The position numbers were made by a program, and so were the translations under genes. Below, piece after piece: positions 17,292 through 26,982 of a stretch of DNA of 33,085 nt. Origin of the DNA: an uncultured bacterium (GTDB lineage: Bacteria > Lernaellota > Lernaellaia > Lernaellales > Lernaellaceae); NCBI GenBank assembly GCA_964534375.1, contig CAZHPN010000055.1:1-33085 (forward strand). The letters run 5' to 3'. The notes beneath the pieces are model-generated. The model searched no databases and was not told where the DNA came from. It saw nothing but the letters and a program-made list of their open reading frames with translations. The stretch's first letter is position 1. Every line of letters begins with the position of its first letter.

Positions 17292-19076
17292 GTGCCCGAT
17301 CCCGAATCCCGAATCCCGAACCCCGAATCCCGGAACCCGGAACCCGGAACCCGGAACCCGGAACCCGAGCCCCGAGTCCCGAATCCCGAATCCCGCTTCC
17401 CGGTCCGCGCCTTCCTGCTCGCTTTCGCCTTGCTGCTCGCCGCCGGCTGGTTCTTCACGTCAGCGCACCCGGTGGACGACGCCTACATCACCTTCCGTTA
17501 CGCAGAGAACCTGATGCACGGCCGCGGCCTGGTTTTCAATGCAGGCGAACGGATCGAGGGCTGCACCAGTTTCGGCTGGCTGCTCGTCGCCGCGCCGCTG
17601 ACCCTGTTCGGCAAAGTCTTGACGCCGCGGCTGGCGACGCTGCTCGATCTGCTGGCCTGGGCGGGCGTGATCGCGTTGATCTGGCGGCGAATTCGCGACG
17701 AGATCGGCGACGCCCGGCCCGGGGCGCTCGAATGGTTCGTCATTCTCAACCTCACGCTCTGCCTGCCGGCGGTCATGTGGTCGTGGTCGGGCATGGAAAC
17801 CGCGCCGTTTGCGCTGGCGTGGGTCGCGGCCTGGTCGGCGCACCTGACCGAGCACAAGAAATCATGCTTGCCGTGGCGCTCGGGCCTGCTGACGTTTGCG
17901 GCCGGTCTGCTGCATCCGGAGGGCGCGCTGATCGGCGTCGCGCTCGGGCTCGGCTGGCTCTTGCCGTGGCGCGAGCGGCGCCTGCGGCAGGGCGCGGCGT
18001 ACCTCGCGATCGGCTGGGGGCTTTTCGGCGTTTATTGGCTCTGGCGCTGGCGTTATTTTGGCGAGTTCATGCCGAACACCTTCCACGTGAAGGTCGGCGG
18101 CGGCGGCGCGTCGCTGCTCCGCGAGGGGCTGCGGTACGTCGGCCTCGGCGCGCTGTCGAGCGTGACGCCGCTGGCGATGGTGGTCGCCGCAATCGTACGG
18201 CGCAAAACCTGGCGCGAGCAGCCGCGGTGGCTCTGGACCGCGCTCGGCCTCATTGCCGTGTTGGCAATCTATCTCGTGCGCGTCGGCGGCGACTATTTCC
18301 CGTTCCAGCGTTTTCTGCTGCCCGCGCTGCCATTTTGCGCGCTGGCCCTGTGGCGTTTCTGGCGCAACGGCCAGCCGCCGGCGGCGCGTCCATTCGGTTG
18401 GCTTATTGGCGCCGCGGCGACGGTCGCGCTCATGCTCTGGTCGTGTTTCGTGCCGAGCATGCAAATCGTCTGGCAGCGGATTTTCCAGGCCGTGGTGCCG
18501 CAGTTTGCCGAGGCGGGCCAGGCGATCGGCCAGCCCGGCGCGACGCCAGCGAACGCGACAATCGCCACGGTGCCGATCGGCGCCTTCGGCTTCCGGTCCG
18601 ACCGGCCGATTCTCGACTTGCTGGGCCTGGTCGACGCGCACATCGGCCATTTGCCGATGCCGACCGGCGAGCGCGTCATCGGCCACGAAAAATACGATTA
18701 TGATTACGTCTTCCGGCGCCGACCGGAGATCATCGTGCAGTTGCCGGCGTTGTTCGCCGACGACCTGAACGGCCTGGAATCGTGGCTGCGCAAGACGACG
18801 ATCAACCCCTACGAATACGACATCTACAATCATCCGGAATTGCGCGCGAATTACCGGCTCACATATTTCCCGGTGCGCGAGCCGGGGCGCACCGGCGTTT
18901 ACGCGTTTTTGCGCCAGGATCTGGTTGGCGACCCGGCGTACGAACGCTGGCGCGCCCTGCCGCCGGAAATGGCGGAGTTCCCGTTCGAGAAACACGCGGA
19001 ATATGTCGCGGACAACCGCCGGCGCTTCGGCAATCGCCGCCTCGGCAACTGGAAATTCGCCGGCCCCGAGAAATGA
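17292..19076 (+). CDS. GT-C-type polytopic glycosyltransferase (AftB-like DDAYI family)
   Basis: AAAGGAG ends 8 nt before in-frame GTG 17292. Motifs DDAYITFRYAENL-G-GLVFN-GERIEG-TS, SGMET, HPEG, PNTFHVK, GGDYFP-RFLLP, DLLGLVD and IGHEK. Confidence 0.85.
   Translation: MPDPESRIPNPESRNPEPGTRNPEPEPRVPNPESRFPVRAFLLAFALLLAAGWFFTSAHPVDDAYITFRYAENLMHGRGLVFNAGERIEGCTSFGWLLVAAPLTLFGKVLTPRLATLLDLLAWAGVIALIWRRIRDEIGDARPGALEWFVILNLTLCLPAVMWSWSGMETAPFALAWVAAWSAHLTEHKKSCLPWRSGLLTFAAGLLHPEGALIGVALGLGWLLPWRERRLRQGAAYLAIGWGLFGVYWLWRWRYFGEFMPNTFHVKVGGGGASLLREGLRYVGLGALSSVTPLAMVVAAIVRRKTWREQPRWLWTALGLIAVLAIYLVRVGGDYFPFQRFLLPALPFCALALWRFWRNGQPPAARPFGWLIGAAATVALMLWSCFVPSMQIVWQRIFQAVVPQFAEAGQAIGQPGATPANATIATVPIGAFGFRSDRPILDLLGLVDAHIGHLPMPTGERVIGHEKYDYDYVFRRRPEIIVQLPALFADDLNGLESWLRKTTINPYEYDIYNHPELRANYRLTYFPVREPGRTGVYAFLRQDLVGDPAYERWRALPPEMAEFPFEKHAEYVADNRRRFGNRRLGNWKFAGPEK
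17301..17405. repeat. 15 x 7-nt CCCGNNN array inside the 5' end of the glycosyltransferase CDS
   Basis: CCCGAAT x2, CCCGAAC, CCCGAAT, CCCGGAA x5, CCCGAGC, CCCGAGT, CCCGAAT x2, CCCGCTT, CCCGGTC; total 105 nt. Confidence 0.95.
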
Positions 19077-19164
19077 GATAGCGGCGATCGACCGAGTCAC
19101 ATCTTACTTATTTATCAGGATAGGCGGAATAGGCCGCTCATCTTAAGAGAGGGCTGCGTTGAGG

Positions 19165-19192
19165 GCATTCCGCATTCCGCATTCCGCACTTT
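19165..19192. repeat. GCATTCC x3 (+1 degenerate) just after the rel stop codon
   Basis: Read directly. Minus-strand stop at 19196-19198. Confidence 0.9.
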
Positions 19193-19195
19193 TTC

Positions 19196-21373
19196 TCAGT
19201 GTCTCACGCGGTCGACATCGATGACGCCCTTGGCCTTGCGCATCTCGGCCATCAGCCGATTGAGCTGCGCGATGTCGCGGATTTGCAGCACGAAATTCAG
19301 ATCGACGGTTTCGTCGTGGCGATGCACCGAATGGATTTCGTCGATGTTGACTTCCATGGCGTTCATGAAGCTGGTAATTTCGGCGAGCAGCCCCTTGCGG
19401 TCGTTGACGTGCACGACAATTTCGGTCGACACGACTTTGCCGTCGTTGCCGAGGTCCCATTCGACATCGACGCGGCGCTCCTCGGGCTGGTCGTGGGCGA
19501 TGGCGCAGTCGGCGGAATGGACCGTAATGCCGCGGCCGCGGGTGACGAAGCCGACGACGGATTCGCCCGGCACCGGGTTGCAGCATTTCGCCATGCGGAA
19601 GAGCACGTCGTCGATCCCCTGAATCTTGATGCCGCCGGTTTTTTTGCGCTTCAACGGCCGCAGCAGGCGGTCGATCGCGGTCTCCTGCGGGCCTTCCTCG
19701 AGTTTGTCGGGTTCGACCAATTCCGCCAAAATGTATTTGACCGACAGTTTGCCGTACCCGAGGCCGGCCAGCATCGACGGCCCGTCTTTGTAATTGAGCT
19801 TGACCCCGACCTTGTCGAGTTCGCCGGATTTCTCGAGTTTGCTCAGGGTCAGCTTGTACTTCGCCAACTCCTTCTCGAGCATCGTGCGGCCGGCGTCGAG
19901 GCTGTGCTCGTGCTCTTCGTCCTTGAGGAACGCGCGGATTTTGGCGCGGGCGGTGGCCGTTTTGACGATCTGCAGCCAGTCGCGGCTGGGGCGCTGGTCC
20001 TTTTTGGTGGTCACTTCCACGCGGTCGCCGCTCTGCAGTTCGTATTTCAGCGGCACCATCCGGCCGTTGACGCGCGCGCCGGAGCAGGTGTCGCCGATGT
20101 GCGTGTGGATGCGATAGGCGAAATCGAGCGGCGTTGCGCCCTTCGGCAGATTGATGACGTCGCCTTTGGGCGTGAACACGTACACCTCTTCCGAGAAGAG
20201 ATCCATTTTCAGCCCGGAGAGAAACGCCCGCGGGTCGTCGGCCTCTTTGTGCCACTCCATGATCTGCCGCAACCAGTCGAACTGCCGCCCGTCGCGTTCG
20301 TTGGACTCGCCCGATTTGTACCGCCAGTGCGCCGCGATGCCGAGCTCGGCGATGCGGTGCATATCCTGCGTGCGCAGTTGCACCTCCATGCGCTCGTTTT
20401 TCGGTCCGATGACCGTCGTGTGCAGGCTCTGGTACATGTTCGCCTTGGGCAACGCGATGTAATCCTTGAACCGCCCCGGCACCGGCCGCCACATCGAATG
20501 AATCAGGCCGAGCACTTCGTAACATTCGGCCACCGACGAGAGGATGATCCGGAAGGCGATGACATCCATCACCTCTTCGAAGCTGAGGTTCTGCGCCTGC
20601 ATCTTCTTGTAGATCGAATGCAGGCCCTTCATCCGGCCGGCAATCTCCGACTGAATATTGTGCTCGGTCAGCAGGTTGCGCAGGACGGCGATCACCTCTT
20701 CGACGTACGATTCGCGCGCCCGGCGACCCTTCGTCAATTTCATGATCAGGTTGTAGTACGCCTCGGGATTCAAAAAGCGGAACGACAGGTCTTCCAGCGC
20801 CGCTTTGATCCACTGGACGCCGAGCCGGTGCGCGAGCGGAACGTAGATGTCCATCGTCTCCATGGCGATGCGCCCGCGTTTTTCGCGCGGCACGAACTCC
20901 AGCGTGTACATGTTGTGCAAGCGGTCGGCCAGCTTGACCAGCAGCACGCGGATGTCCTTCGCGGTGGCCAGCAGGATCTTCTTGAAGTTCTCCGCCTGGC
21001 GGTGCTCCTGGCTGTGGAACTTCATTTGCGAGATTTTCGATACGCCGTCGACGAGGTTGGCGATGTCTTCGCCGAAAAGGTTGGAGATCAGATTGAGATC
21101 GACGCTCGGGCAGTCTTCGAGGGTGTCATGCAGCAGGCCCGTGGCGATCGTGCCTTCGTCCATCCGCATCTGCGCCAAAATATAGGCGACATTGATCGGG
21201 TGGTCGATGTACGGGTGGCCGCTGTAGCGCGCCTGCCCCTCGTGGTGGTGCATGGCGAAGACATACGCCCGCCGAATCAGCTCCACGTCGGGTTCGCCGA
21301 GATATTTCCGCACCTCGCGGATGATGTCGTCCGGCCTAACTTTTCTCGGCAGGAGCGAATCGAGCGATTGCAT
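19196..21373 (-). CDS. relA: Bifunctional (p)ppGpp synthetase/hydrolase (long RelA/SpoT homologue)
   Basis: HD motif LLHDTLED, VKLADRLHNM, synthetase DVIAFRI/YQSLHT/EVQLRT, AAHWRYK, TGS VYVFTPKG, AKCCNPVPG and a C-terminal ACT domain. Start at ATG 21373 overlaps the gmk 3' end. Confidence 0.95.
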   Translation of the reverse strand: MQSLDSLLPRKVRPDDIIREVRKYLGEPDVELIRRAYVFAMHHHEGQARYSGHPYIDHPINVAYILAQMRMDEGTIATGLLHDTLEDCPSVDLNLISNLFGEDIANLVDGVSKISQMKFHSQEHRQAENFKKILLATAKDIRVLLVKLADRLHNMYTLEFVPREKRGRIAMETMDIYVPLAHRLGVQWIKAALEDLSFRFLNPEAYYNLIMKLTKGRRARESYVEEVIAVLRNLLTEHNIQSEIAGRMKGLHSIYKKMQAQNLSFEEVMDVIAFRIILSSVAECYEVLGLIHSMWRPVPGRFKDYIALPKANMYQSLHTTVIGPKNERMEVQLRTQDMHRIAELGIAAHWRYKSGESNERDGRQFDWLRQIMEWHKEADDPRAFLSGLKMDLFSEEVYVFTPKGDVINLPKGATPLDFAYRIHTHIGDTCSGARVNGRMVPLKYELQSGDRVEVTTKKDQRPSRDWLQIVKTATARAKIRAFLKDEEHEHSLDAGRTMLEKELAKYKLTLSKLEKSGELDKVGVKLNYKDGPSMLAGLGYGKLSVKYILAELVEPDKLEEGPQETAIDRLLRPLKRKKTGGIKIQGIDDVLFRMAKCCNPVPGESVVGFVTRGRGITVHSADCAIAHDQPEERRVDVEWDLGNDGKVVSTEIVVHVNDRKGLLAEITSFMNAMEVNIDEIHSVHRHDETVDLNFVLQIRDIAQLNRLMAEMRKAKGVIDVDRVRH

Positions 21374-21965
21374 CGTGCATTTTCTCTCGCCGCTGGCGCG
21401 CGGCGCGAACAATGGACTCCAGCGAGCAGGCGGCGTCCTCTAACTCGTCGTTGACGATAATATAATCATATCGACGCGCGAACTCCGCCTCGCGGCGGGC
21501 GTTGGCCAGCCGGCGGGCGATGGCCTCCGGCGCATCGACGCCGCGGCCACGCAGGCGGCGTTCCTGTTCCTCGCGGCTCGGCGGCAACACGAAAACGAGC
21601 ACGGCGTCGGGGTGCTGCTCCTTGACCTGCATGCCGCCCTGCCCCTCGATGTCGAGAAACAGATCGGCCCCTTCGGCCGCCGCCGCGGCGATTTGCGCAT
21701 TGCTCGTGCCGTAGCGCCGGCCCTGGTATTCCGCCCACTCGGCCAGTTCGCCCGCGGCGATCATCCGGTCGAACTCCGCGTCGTCGACGAAGTGGTAGTC
21801 GACGCCGTTTTGCTCGGCGCCGCGCGGCGGCCGGGTCGTGTGACTGACGGAAAAACGCGCGGCCGGCAGGCGCTTCAGCACCAGCCGGGTCAGGGTGGTC
21901 TTGCCGGTTCCGCTCGGCGCGGAGACGACGATCAGGCTGCCGCCGCCGCGTGCGTCATTCGACAT
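21336..21965 (-). CDS. gmk: Guanylate kinase
   Basis: SAPSGTGKTT P-loop, SHTTRPPRGAE-NGVDYHF, YGT, VLPPS and YDYIIVND. Confidence 0.97.
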   Translation of the reverse strand: MSNDARGGGSLIVVSAPSGTGKTTLTRLVLKRLPAARFSVSHTTRPPRGAEQNGVDYHFVDDAEFDRMIAAGELAEWAEYQGRRYGTSNAQIAAAAAEGADLFLDIEGQGGMQVKEQHPDAVLVFVLPPSREEQERRLRGRGVDAPEAIARRLANARREAEFARRYDYIIVNDELEDAACSLESIVRAARQRREKMHDAIARFAPAEKS

Positions 21966-22833
21966 TCTGCACTTGCTCCCGAATCTTTTCGATTTCGACT
22001 TTCAAGTCCAGCGCCGCCCCGGAAAACGGCAGACCTTGCAGCTTGTTGCCCAGGGTCGTGATCTCGCGGTGCATTTCCTGCGCGAGGAAATCGAGCCGGC
22101 GGCCGACCGATTCCCCCGCGTCCAGCAGCGTTGCGAATTGATCGAAATGGCTGACCAGCCGCACCAGTTCCTCGTTGACGTCCAGCCGCGTCAGCCACAG
22201 CGCGGTCTCTTGGTGCAGCCGCGTCGCGTCGAGTTTGACTTCGGCCGCCAGTTGCACGGCGCGCTCGCGCAAGCGGTTCATGATTTCCCCTTGCGCCTGC
22301 GGCGCCGTCGCGGCCAACTGGTCGCGCAACACGCGCATCCGCGCCAGACCGTCGGCGAGGTCGCGACGCAACGAGGCGCCTTCGCGGGTTTTCATCTGCA
22401 AGGCGTTGTCCGTCGCGCGGGCGAAGGCGTCGCGCAGCGCCGGCCGCGCGATCTCGAAATCGTCGACATCCTCGCGCAACTCGAAGACGCCCGGCAGGCG
22501 GGAAATCGTATCCAGCGACGGCTTCTGCTCGAGCTTCAGCCGCGCCGCGATTTCTTCCAGCCGCGCGTAATACACGGCCGCCAATCCCGGATCGGCCTGG
22601 AGCTGATCGGCGTCGCGGCGCGTGCGCTCGTACAAGACGCTGACCTCGACGCGCCCGCGCCAGAAGCGCTCTTTGACCCAATCGCGCAGTTCCATTTCGA
22701 GCGGCGCCAGATTGCGCGGCACGCGCACCTGCAAATCCAGATGCCGGTGATTTACGGTCCGCACGTCAACTTGCGCGCGGCCGTGCTCGTCGGCGGCTAC
22801 GCCCCGGCCGAAGCCGGTCATCGAACGGATCAT
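21955..22833 (-). CDS. yicC: YicC/YloC family endoribonuclease
   Basis: MIRSMTGFGR, VNHRHLD, EELVRLVSH, GRRLDFLAQEMHRE and IREQVQNVE. Adjacent to gmk. Confidence 0.95.
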   Translation of the reverse strand: MIRSMTGFGRGVAADEHGRAQVDVRTVNHRHLDLQVRVPRNLAPLEMELRDWVKERFWRGRVEVSVLYERTRRDADQLQADPGLAAVYYARLEEIAARLKLEQKPSLDTISRLPGVFELREDVDDFEIARPALRDAFARATDNALQMKTREGASLRRDLADGLARMRVLRDQLAATAPQAQGEIMNRLRERAVQLAAEVKLDATRLHQETALWLTRLDVNEELVRLVSHFDQFATLLDAGESVGRRLDFLAQEMHREITTLGNKLQGLPFSGAALDLKVEIEKIREQVQNVE

Positions 22834-23432
22834 TCACCCTCCAAGTCGTTGCCGGCGGCGCACGACGGATCCGGCGGATGCGGCGCCTGCACGGCGGTCC
22901 GCCAGTCGGCGCGCAGCCGGCCGCGATAATAATTGCGGAATTCGGTCAGGATCGCCTTGACCGCATCGGTGCGGTAATCGGGATACGTCCACGGCAAATC
23001 TTGCCAGCCGTTTTGTTTCCACATAAGCGTCAGATCGGCGTAGATGCCCTGCCCCAGATACGGCCGGTGCGCGAAGCCCTTGCCGGTGGCCAGCACGAAG
23101 TTCGCGAGGGTCAGGGCGGCCGGGTCGAGATTGACGCGGCGCCCGGCTCCGGGCCGGCGGAAGCGCTCTTCGAGGCAGTTGGTCGCGATTTTCGTTTCAG
23201 CCAGGCGGCCGGGGTCGAACGGGTCGGCCATCGCGATGAAATAACGTTGCAGGCCGGGGCCGATTTCGGGCTCGTAATAATTGGTTTGGTCGAACGCGAG
23301 CGGCCCGCGGATCGCCGCCTCGGGCCCCAGCGCCTGGCGCAAAGCCGCCGGCACGGTGGGCCAATCGAGATCGGCCGCAACGAGCGCGCCGATGACCAGC
23401 AAGGCCGGAGGCGTGGGGCGGGGCTGACTCAT
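22830..23432 (-). CDS. DUF4416 family protein
   Basis: FDQTNYYEPEIG, KIATNCLE, RRVNLDP, HRPYLGQGIYADLTL and LPWTYPDYR. ATGA overlap with yicC. Confidence 0.85.
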   Translation of the reverse strand: MSQPRPTPPALLVIGALVAADLDWPTVPAALRQALGPEAAIRGPLAFDQTNYYEPEIGPGLQRYFIAMADPFDPGRLAETKIATNCLEERFRRPGAGRRVNLDPAALTLANFVLATGKGFAHRPYLGQGIYADLTLMWKQNGWQDLPWTYPDYRTDAVKAILTEFRNYYRGRLRADWRTAVQAPHPPDPSCAAGNDLEGE

Positions 23433-23435
23433 CGG

Positions 23436-23614
23436 CGGATCTCGGAATGCGGAATGCGGAATGCGGAATGCGGAACGGCTGTCGGACTGGTCAGACATGT
23501 CCGACCGGTCGGACCCGTCGGACCAACGCGGCGCCGAACCTGAGCACCGACCACTGACCATTGTTCACTGTTCACTGTTCACTTCTCACTGTTCACTGGC
23601 CACCGACCACTACT
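23436..23614. repeat. Composite intergenic array: CGGAATG heptamers, GTCGGACNN nonamers and CACTGTT heptamers
   Basis: Six heptamers at 23436-23477, five nonamers at 23481-23525 and ten heptamers at 23545-23614. The last heptamer contains the rfaE1 stop. Confidence 0.92.
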
Positions 23615-24617
23615 TTACCGTTTTCGCTTCGCGAATCGCCTCGGCGATCTTCGCCGCGGGCGCGCTGGCCGCGCCGACTTCGGCGATGACGATGCCGGCC
23701 GCGTAATTGGCGATGCGGGCGGCGTCGAGCAGGCTGCCGCCGACGGCAAGCCCGCAGCCGAGCGCGGCGATGACCGTATCGCCGGCGCCGGTGACGTCGT
23801 ACACCTCCCGCGCCACCGTGGGCAGATCGACGACCGACTCGTCCTCGAAAAACAACGTCATGCCCTCTTCGCCGCGGGTAATCACGAGCGTGTCGAGCCG
23901 CAGTTTTTTGCGCAGCCGGCGGCCAGCCGGGTGAATCGCTTCGTTGGTGTTCGGCAGCCGCACGCCGAGCATTTCGCCGGCCTCATGATGATTCGGGGTC
24001 ATCGACGCGAAGCCTCGGTAATGATGGGCGTTGCGAATTTTCGGATCGACCACGACCGGCACGCGGCGCGACGCGGCCAGGCGCCGCAGGGCGTCGAGCA
24101 ACTCTTTGCCGATCGCGCCCTTGGCGTAATCGCTGACCACGACGCCGTCGGTGGCGGGCATGGCGGCCGCGAGAAAATCGATCATTTGGCGACGGTCGCG
24201 CGGCGCCGGCGGGCGGTCGTCGTCCCAATCGACGCGCACGACCTGCTGGTGCTGGGCGATGACGCGTTCCTTGACGACGGTGCGCCGCCCGGCCGCCGTA
24301 AAGAGGCAGCAGTCGTCCACCGCCACGCCCGTCAGGCGCGCGCGCAGCTCGCGGCCGGGCTCGTCGTCGCCGACCAGCGCGCACAACGAGACCGACGCGC
24401 CCAACGCCCGGAGGTTGCTGGCGACGTTCGCCGCGCCGCCGAGCCGCAGTTCTTCGCGCGTGACCCGCACGATCGGCACCGGCGCTTCCGGGCTGATGCG
24501 CGCCACGTCGCCCCAGATGTAGCGGTCGACCATCGCGTCGCCGATGACGAGCATGCGGGCGCCCGCGTAGCGTTTCAGCAAGGCCGACAAGCGTTTTTTT
24601 CGTTCGCGCAAATTCAT
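23610..24617 (-). CDS. rfaE1: D-glycero-beta-D-manno-heptose-7-phosphate kinase (HldE kinase domain only)
   Basis: VIGDAMVDRY, RISPEAPVP, LGGAANVA, VSDYAKG, VDPK, TPN, TRGEEGM and DVTGAGDTV. Confidence 0.93.
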   Translation of the reverse strand: MNLRERKKRLSALLKRYAGARMLVIGDAMVDRYIWGDVARISPEAPVPIVRVTREELRLGGAANVASNLRALGASVSLCALVGDDEPGRELRARLTGVAVDDCCLFTAAGRRTVVKERVIAQHQQVVRVDWDDDRPPAPRDRRQMIDFLAAAMPATDGVVVSDYAKGAIGKELLDALRRLAASRRVPVVVDPKIRNAHHYRGFASMTPNHHEAGEMLGVRLPNTNEAIHPAGRRLRKKLRLDTLVITRGEEGMTLFFEDESVVDLPTVAREVYDVTGAGDTVIAALGCGLAVGGSLLDAARIANYAAGIVIAEVGAASAPAAKIAEAIREAKTVK

Positions 24618-25864
24618 CGTTCCGCCTCTTCGCCGGCCGGCGGCGCCGTCCAAAAAATAATCAGCGCCGCGGCGATCTGAAACGTCATGACCACCACCGT
24701 GTCGCCGCCGTTGTGCTGCAACAAACTCGCCGCGGCGAAACCGACCGCCGCCGCCGTCGCGCCGGCCCGCAGCCGCCGCGCCGCGTCATCCTCTTTTATC
24801 CCATCCGGCGGTTTTGCGCCAAGGGCGATCAGCGTCGCCAAAAACAGCGTGAACAGCAGCCCGGCCGGAATGCCCGACTCGGCGGCGTAGCTCAGGTAGC
24901 TGTTGTGCGCGTGGCCCCACGCCGTCCAATGGATGTTGTAGCCGGCGCGGTACTCCGTCGTCATGCGGCGGTAGGCGCCGGGGCCGATCCCGAACAGCGG
25001 GTGGTCGGCGATCATCGCCAGCGACGTTTTCCAGATGTAAAGCCGCTCGAGGTTGTCCTCGGAACGCACGGCCTGCCGCATGCGATGCGCCAGCGACGGG
25101 CTGGCCACATACGCGAGCGAGCCGAGTGCGAACGCGCCGAGAACGACCGCGGCCAGCACGCGCCGGCCGAGTTGCGCGCCGAACGTCAGCAGGCCCGCGA
25201 GCATGCCCAGCCAGGCGCTGCGGCCGTAGCTCCAGAGCAGCGCCAGCGAGCCCAACCCCAGCGCCGCGCCGAGCACGGCGCGCTCGCGCCGGCCCGTTTC
25301 CGCCAGCCACAAACCGATGCCGAGCAGCAGCACGATCGCCAGGCTGTTGCCGTACGTCAGATGATGATCGAAAAAACCGACCGCGTGGCAGTAATTGCCG
25401 TTGGGCTGCCGCAGTTGGACCGGCGGCGCCAGAATGCGCGGCACGGCCTCGCAGAAGAAATGCTGCGCAATGCCGTAGATCGCCGTGACGCCTGCGCCGA
25501 TGACCATCGCCCACAGCGCGCGCCGCGCGGTCTGGCGGCTGTCGAGCGCCGCCAGCGAAACGAAGAAGACAAACCACGCCCAATATTTCGGCAGCCGGCG
25601 GAACGCATCGCCCGGATTCAGCGACAGCGGCCAGGTCAGCAAAACCCAGCCGAGAAAAATCAGCAAGACGACGCCCGCCGGACCAATCGCCAACTCGAGC
25701 CGGCGCCGGCGAATCGCGCGCCCGGCGGTCAGGACGATCAGCAGCGCCAACGCGATTTGCGCGAGGCTGATCGAAAACGTCAGGCTGCAGGCCATCACGT
25801 AAAACGCGCCGCGAATCGCGCGGTCGAGGCCGAGATCGAATTTGTTCGACTGGCCGTCGGTCAT
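24614..25864 (-). CDS. O-antigen ligase (WaaL/Wzy_C) family membrane protein
   Basis: Polytopic. SYGRSAWLG, ERLYIWK, HPLFGIGPG and HAHNSYL. ATGA overlaps on both sides. Confidence 0.88.
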   Translation of the reverse strand: MTDGQSNKFDLGLDRAIRGAFYVMACSLTFSISLAQIALALLIVLTAGRAIRRRRLELAIGPAGVVLLIFLGWVLLTWPLSLNPGDAFRRLPKYWAWFVFFVSLAALDSRQTARRALWAMVIGAGVTAIYGIAQHFFCEAVPRILAPPVQLRQPNGNYCHAVGFFDHHLTYGNSLAIVLLLGIGLWLAETGRRERAVLGAALGLGSLALLWSYGRSAWLGMLAGLLTFGAQLGRRVLAAVVLGAFALGSLAYVASPSLAHRMRQAVRSEDNLERLYIWKTSLAMIADHPLFGIGPGAYRRMTTEYRAGYNIHWTAWGHAHNSYLSYAAESGIPAGLLFTLFLATLIALGAKPPDGIKEDDAARRLRAGATAAAVGFAAASLLQHNGGDTVVVMTFQIAAALIIFWTAPPAGEEAER

Positions 25865-26970
25865 CGTCTCGCCGCCATTTCGCCGAACATCGCCGCCGCG
25901 GCGTCGAGCCGGCGCGCCAGCGATAGATCGCGCACCGCGTGCTCGCGCGCCTGCCGCCGCCACGCGGGCGCGGCGAGAATTTCCAGAATGCCCGCCGCGA
26001 GCGCGTCCGCGTCGGGCTCGACAAAGCGGCCGGTTTCGCCGTCGAGCAGCGTTTCGGTCAGCGCGCCGACCCGTAACGCCGCGACCGGCACGCCGCAGGC
26101 CATCGCCTCGAGCGCGGCCCGGCACGCGCCGTCGGCGCCTTCGCCCAGGAGCAGCGCGACATCGAGCGCCGCCGTCGCCGCCGGCAGATCGTCGCGGCGA
26201 TAGCCGAGAAAGTGCACGCGGTCCGCAAAGGCCGTCGCACGCGCCGCGGCTTCGACCGCCGCCTGCCCCTCGCCGTGGCCGATGAAGAGCAGCCGCGCGT
26301 TCGGCAGGCGCTCGCGTACGCGGCCGAACGCCGCCAGGGCGAGGTCGTGGCCGCGGCCGGCCTTGATGCGGCTGACCAGGCCGATCAGCCGGTCGTCCGG
26401 CGCGGCGCCGATTTCAGCGCGAATCGCCTGCACGTTCTGCGCGGGCGAAAAGCGGTCGGTGTCGACGGCCGGCGGCAGCACGAAAACTCGTTCGGCGGGC
26501 AGGCCGTCGGTGGCGAGCAGCGCGTCTTTCCAGCGCCGCGACGCGACGACCAACGCATCGGTGCGGCGGAACAGCCAGCGCCGGCCGGGCCGCGGCGCCA
26601 ACTGCCGGCTGGCGTGAACTTGCCGCGCCAGGACCGGCCGCCGCGCCTGTTGCGCCGCGCGCCAGCCGAGCCAGTGATCGTGACTCTGGTTGCAAAAGAC
26701 GATGTCGACGTTTTCCTGGGCGACGAACTGCCGCAACCGGCGCACGTCGCGCCACAGCGCCAGCGGGTGGAAGCCCTTGCGGACGAACTCGACGCCCGGC
26801 GGCGCGGCGAGGCCCAGCGCGGCCACGTGCTCTTCCAGCGAGCCGGGCGGCGTGCGCGTCCAACCGACGGTCGAACGCCAGCCGCGATCCGCCAGGCCGC
26901 GCGCCAGTTGCAACGTCGGCTCGGCCGCGCCCGTCCAATGCTGCTGGGCGAGCAGAAACAGGACGTGCAT
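25861..26970 (-). CDS. Glycosyltransferase family 4
   Basis: RBS GGAGG before ATG 26970. Motifs WTGAAE, PAVDTDRF, VHFLGYR and DGACRAALEAMACGVPV. Confidence 0.9.
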   Translation of the reverse strand: MHVLFLLAQQHWTGAAEPTLQLARGLADRGWRSTVGWTRTPPGSLEEHVAALGLAAPPGVEFVRKGFHPLALWRDVRRLRQFVAQENVDIVFCNQSHDHWLGWRAAQQARRPVLARQVHASRQLAPRPGRRWLFRRTDALVVASRRWKDALLATDGLPAERVFVLPPAVDTDRFSPAQNVQAIRAEIGAAPDDRLIGLVSRIKAGRGHDLALAAFGRVRERLPNARLLFIGHGEGQAAVEAAARATAFADRVHFLGYRRDDLPAATAALDVALLLGEGADGACRAALEAMACGVPVAALRVGALTETLLDGETGRFVEPDADALAAGILEILAAPAWRRQAREHAVRDLSLARRLDAAAAMFGEMAARR

Positions 26971-26982
26971 TAGCGAGGCCTC

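Noticed and set aside
17009..17458. N-terminal extensions in the ORF track for suhB, and similarly for the GT-C, GT4, DUF4416, SRD5A-like and TonB-like ORFs
   Set aside because: The extensions translate repeats or antisense sequence. Better RBS/start pairs lie downstream.
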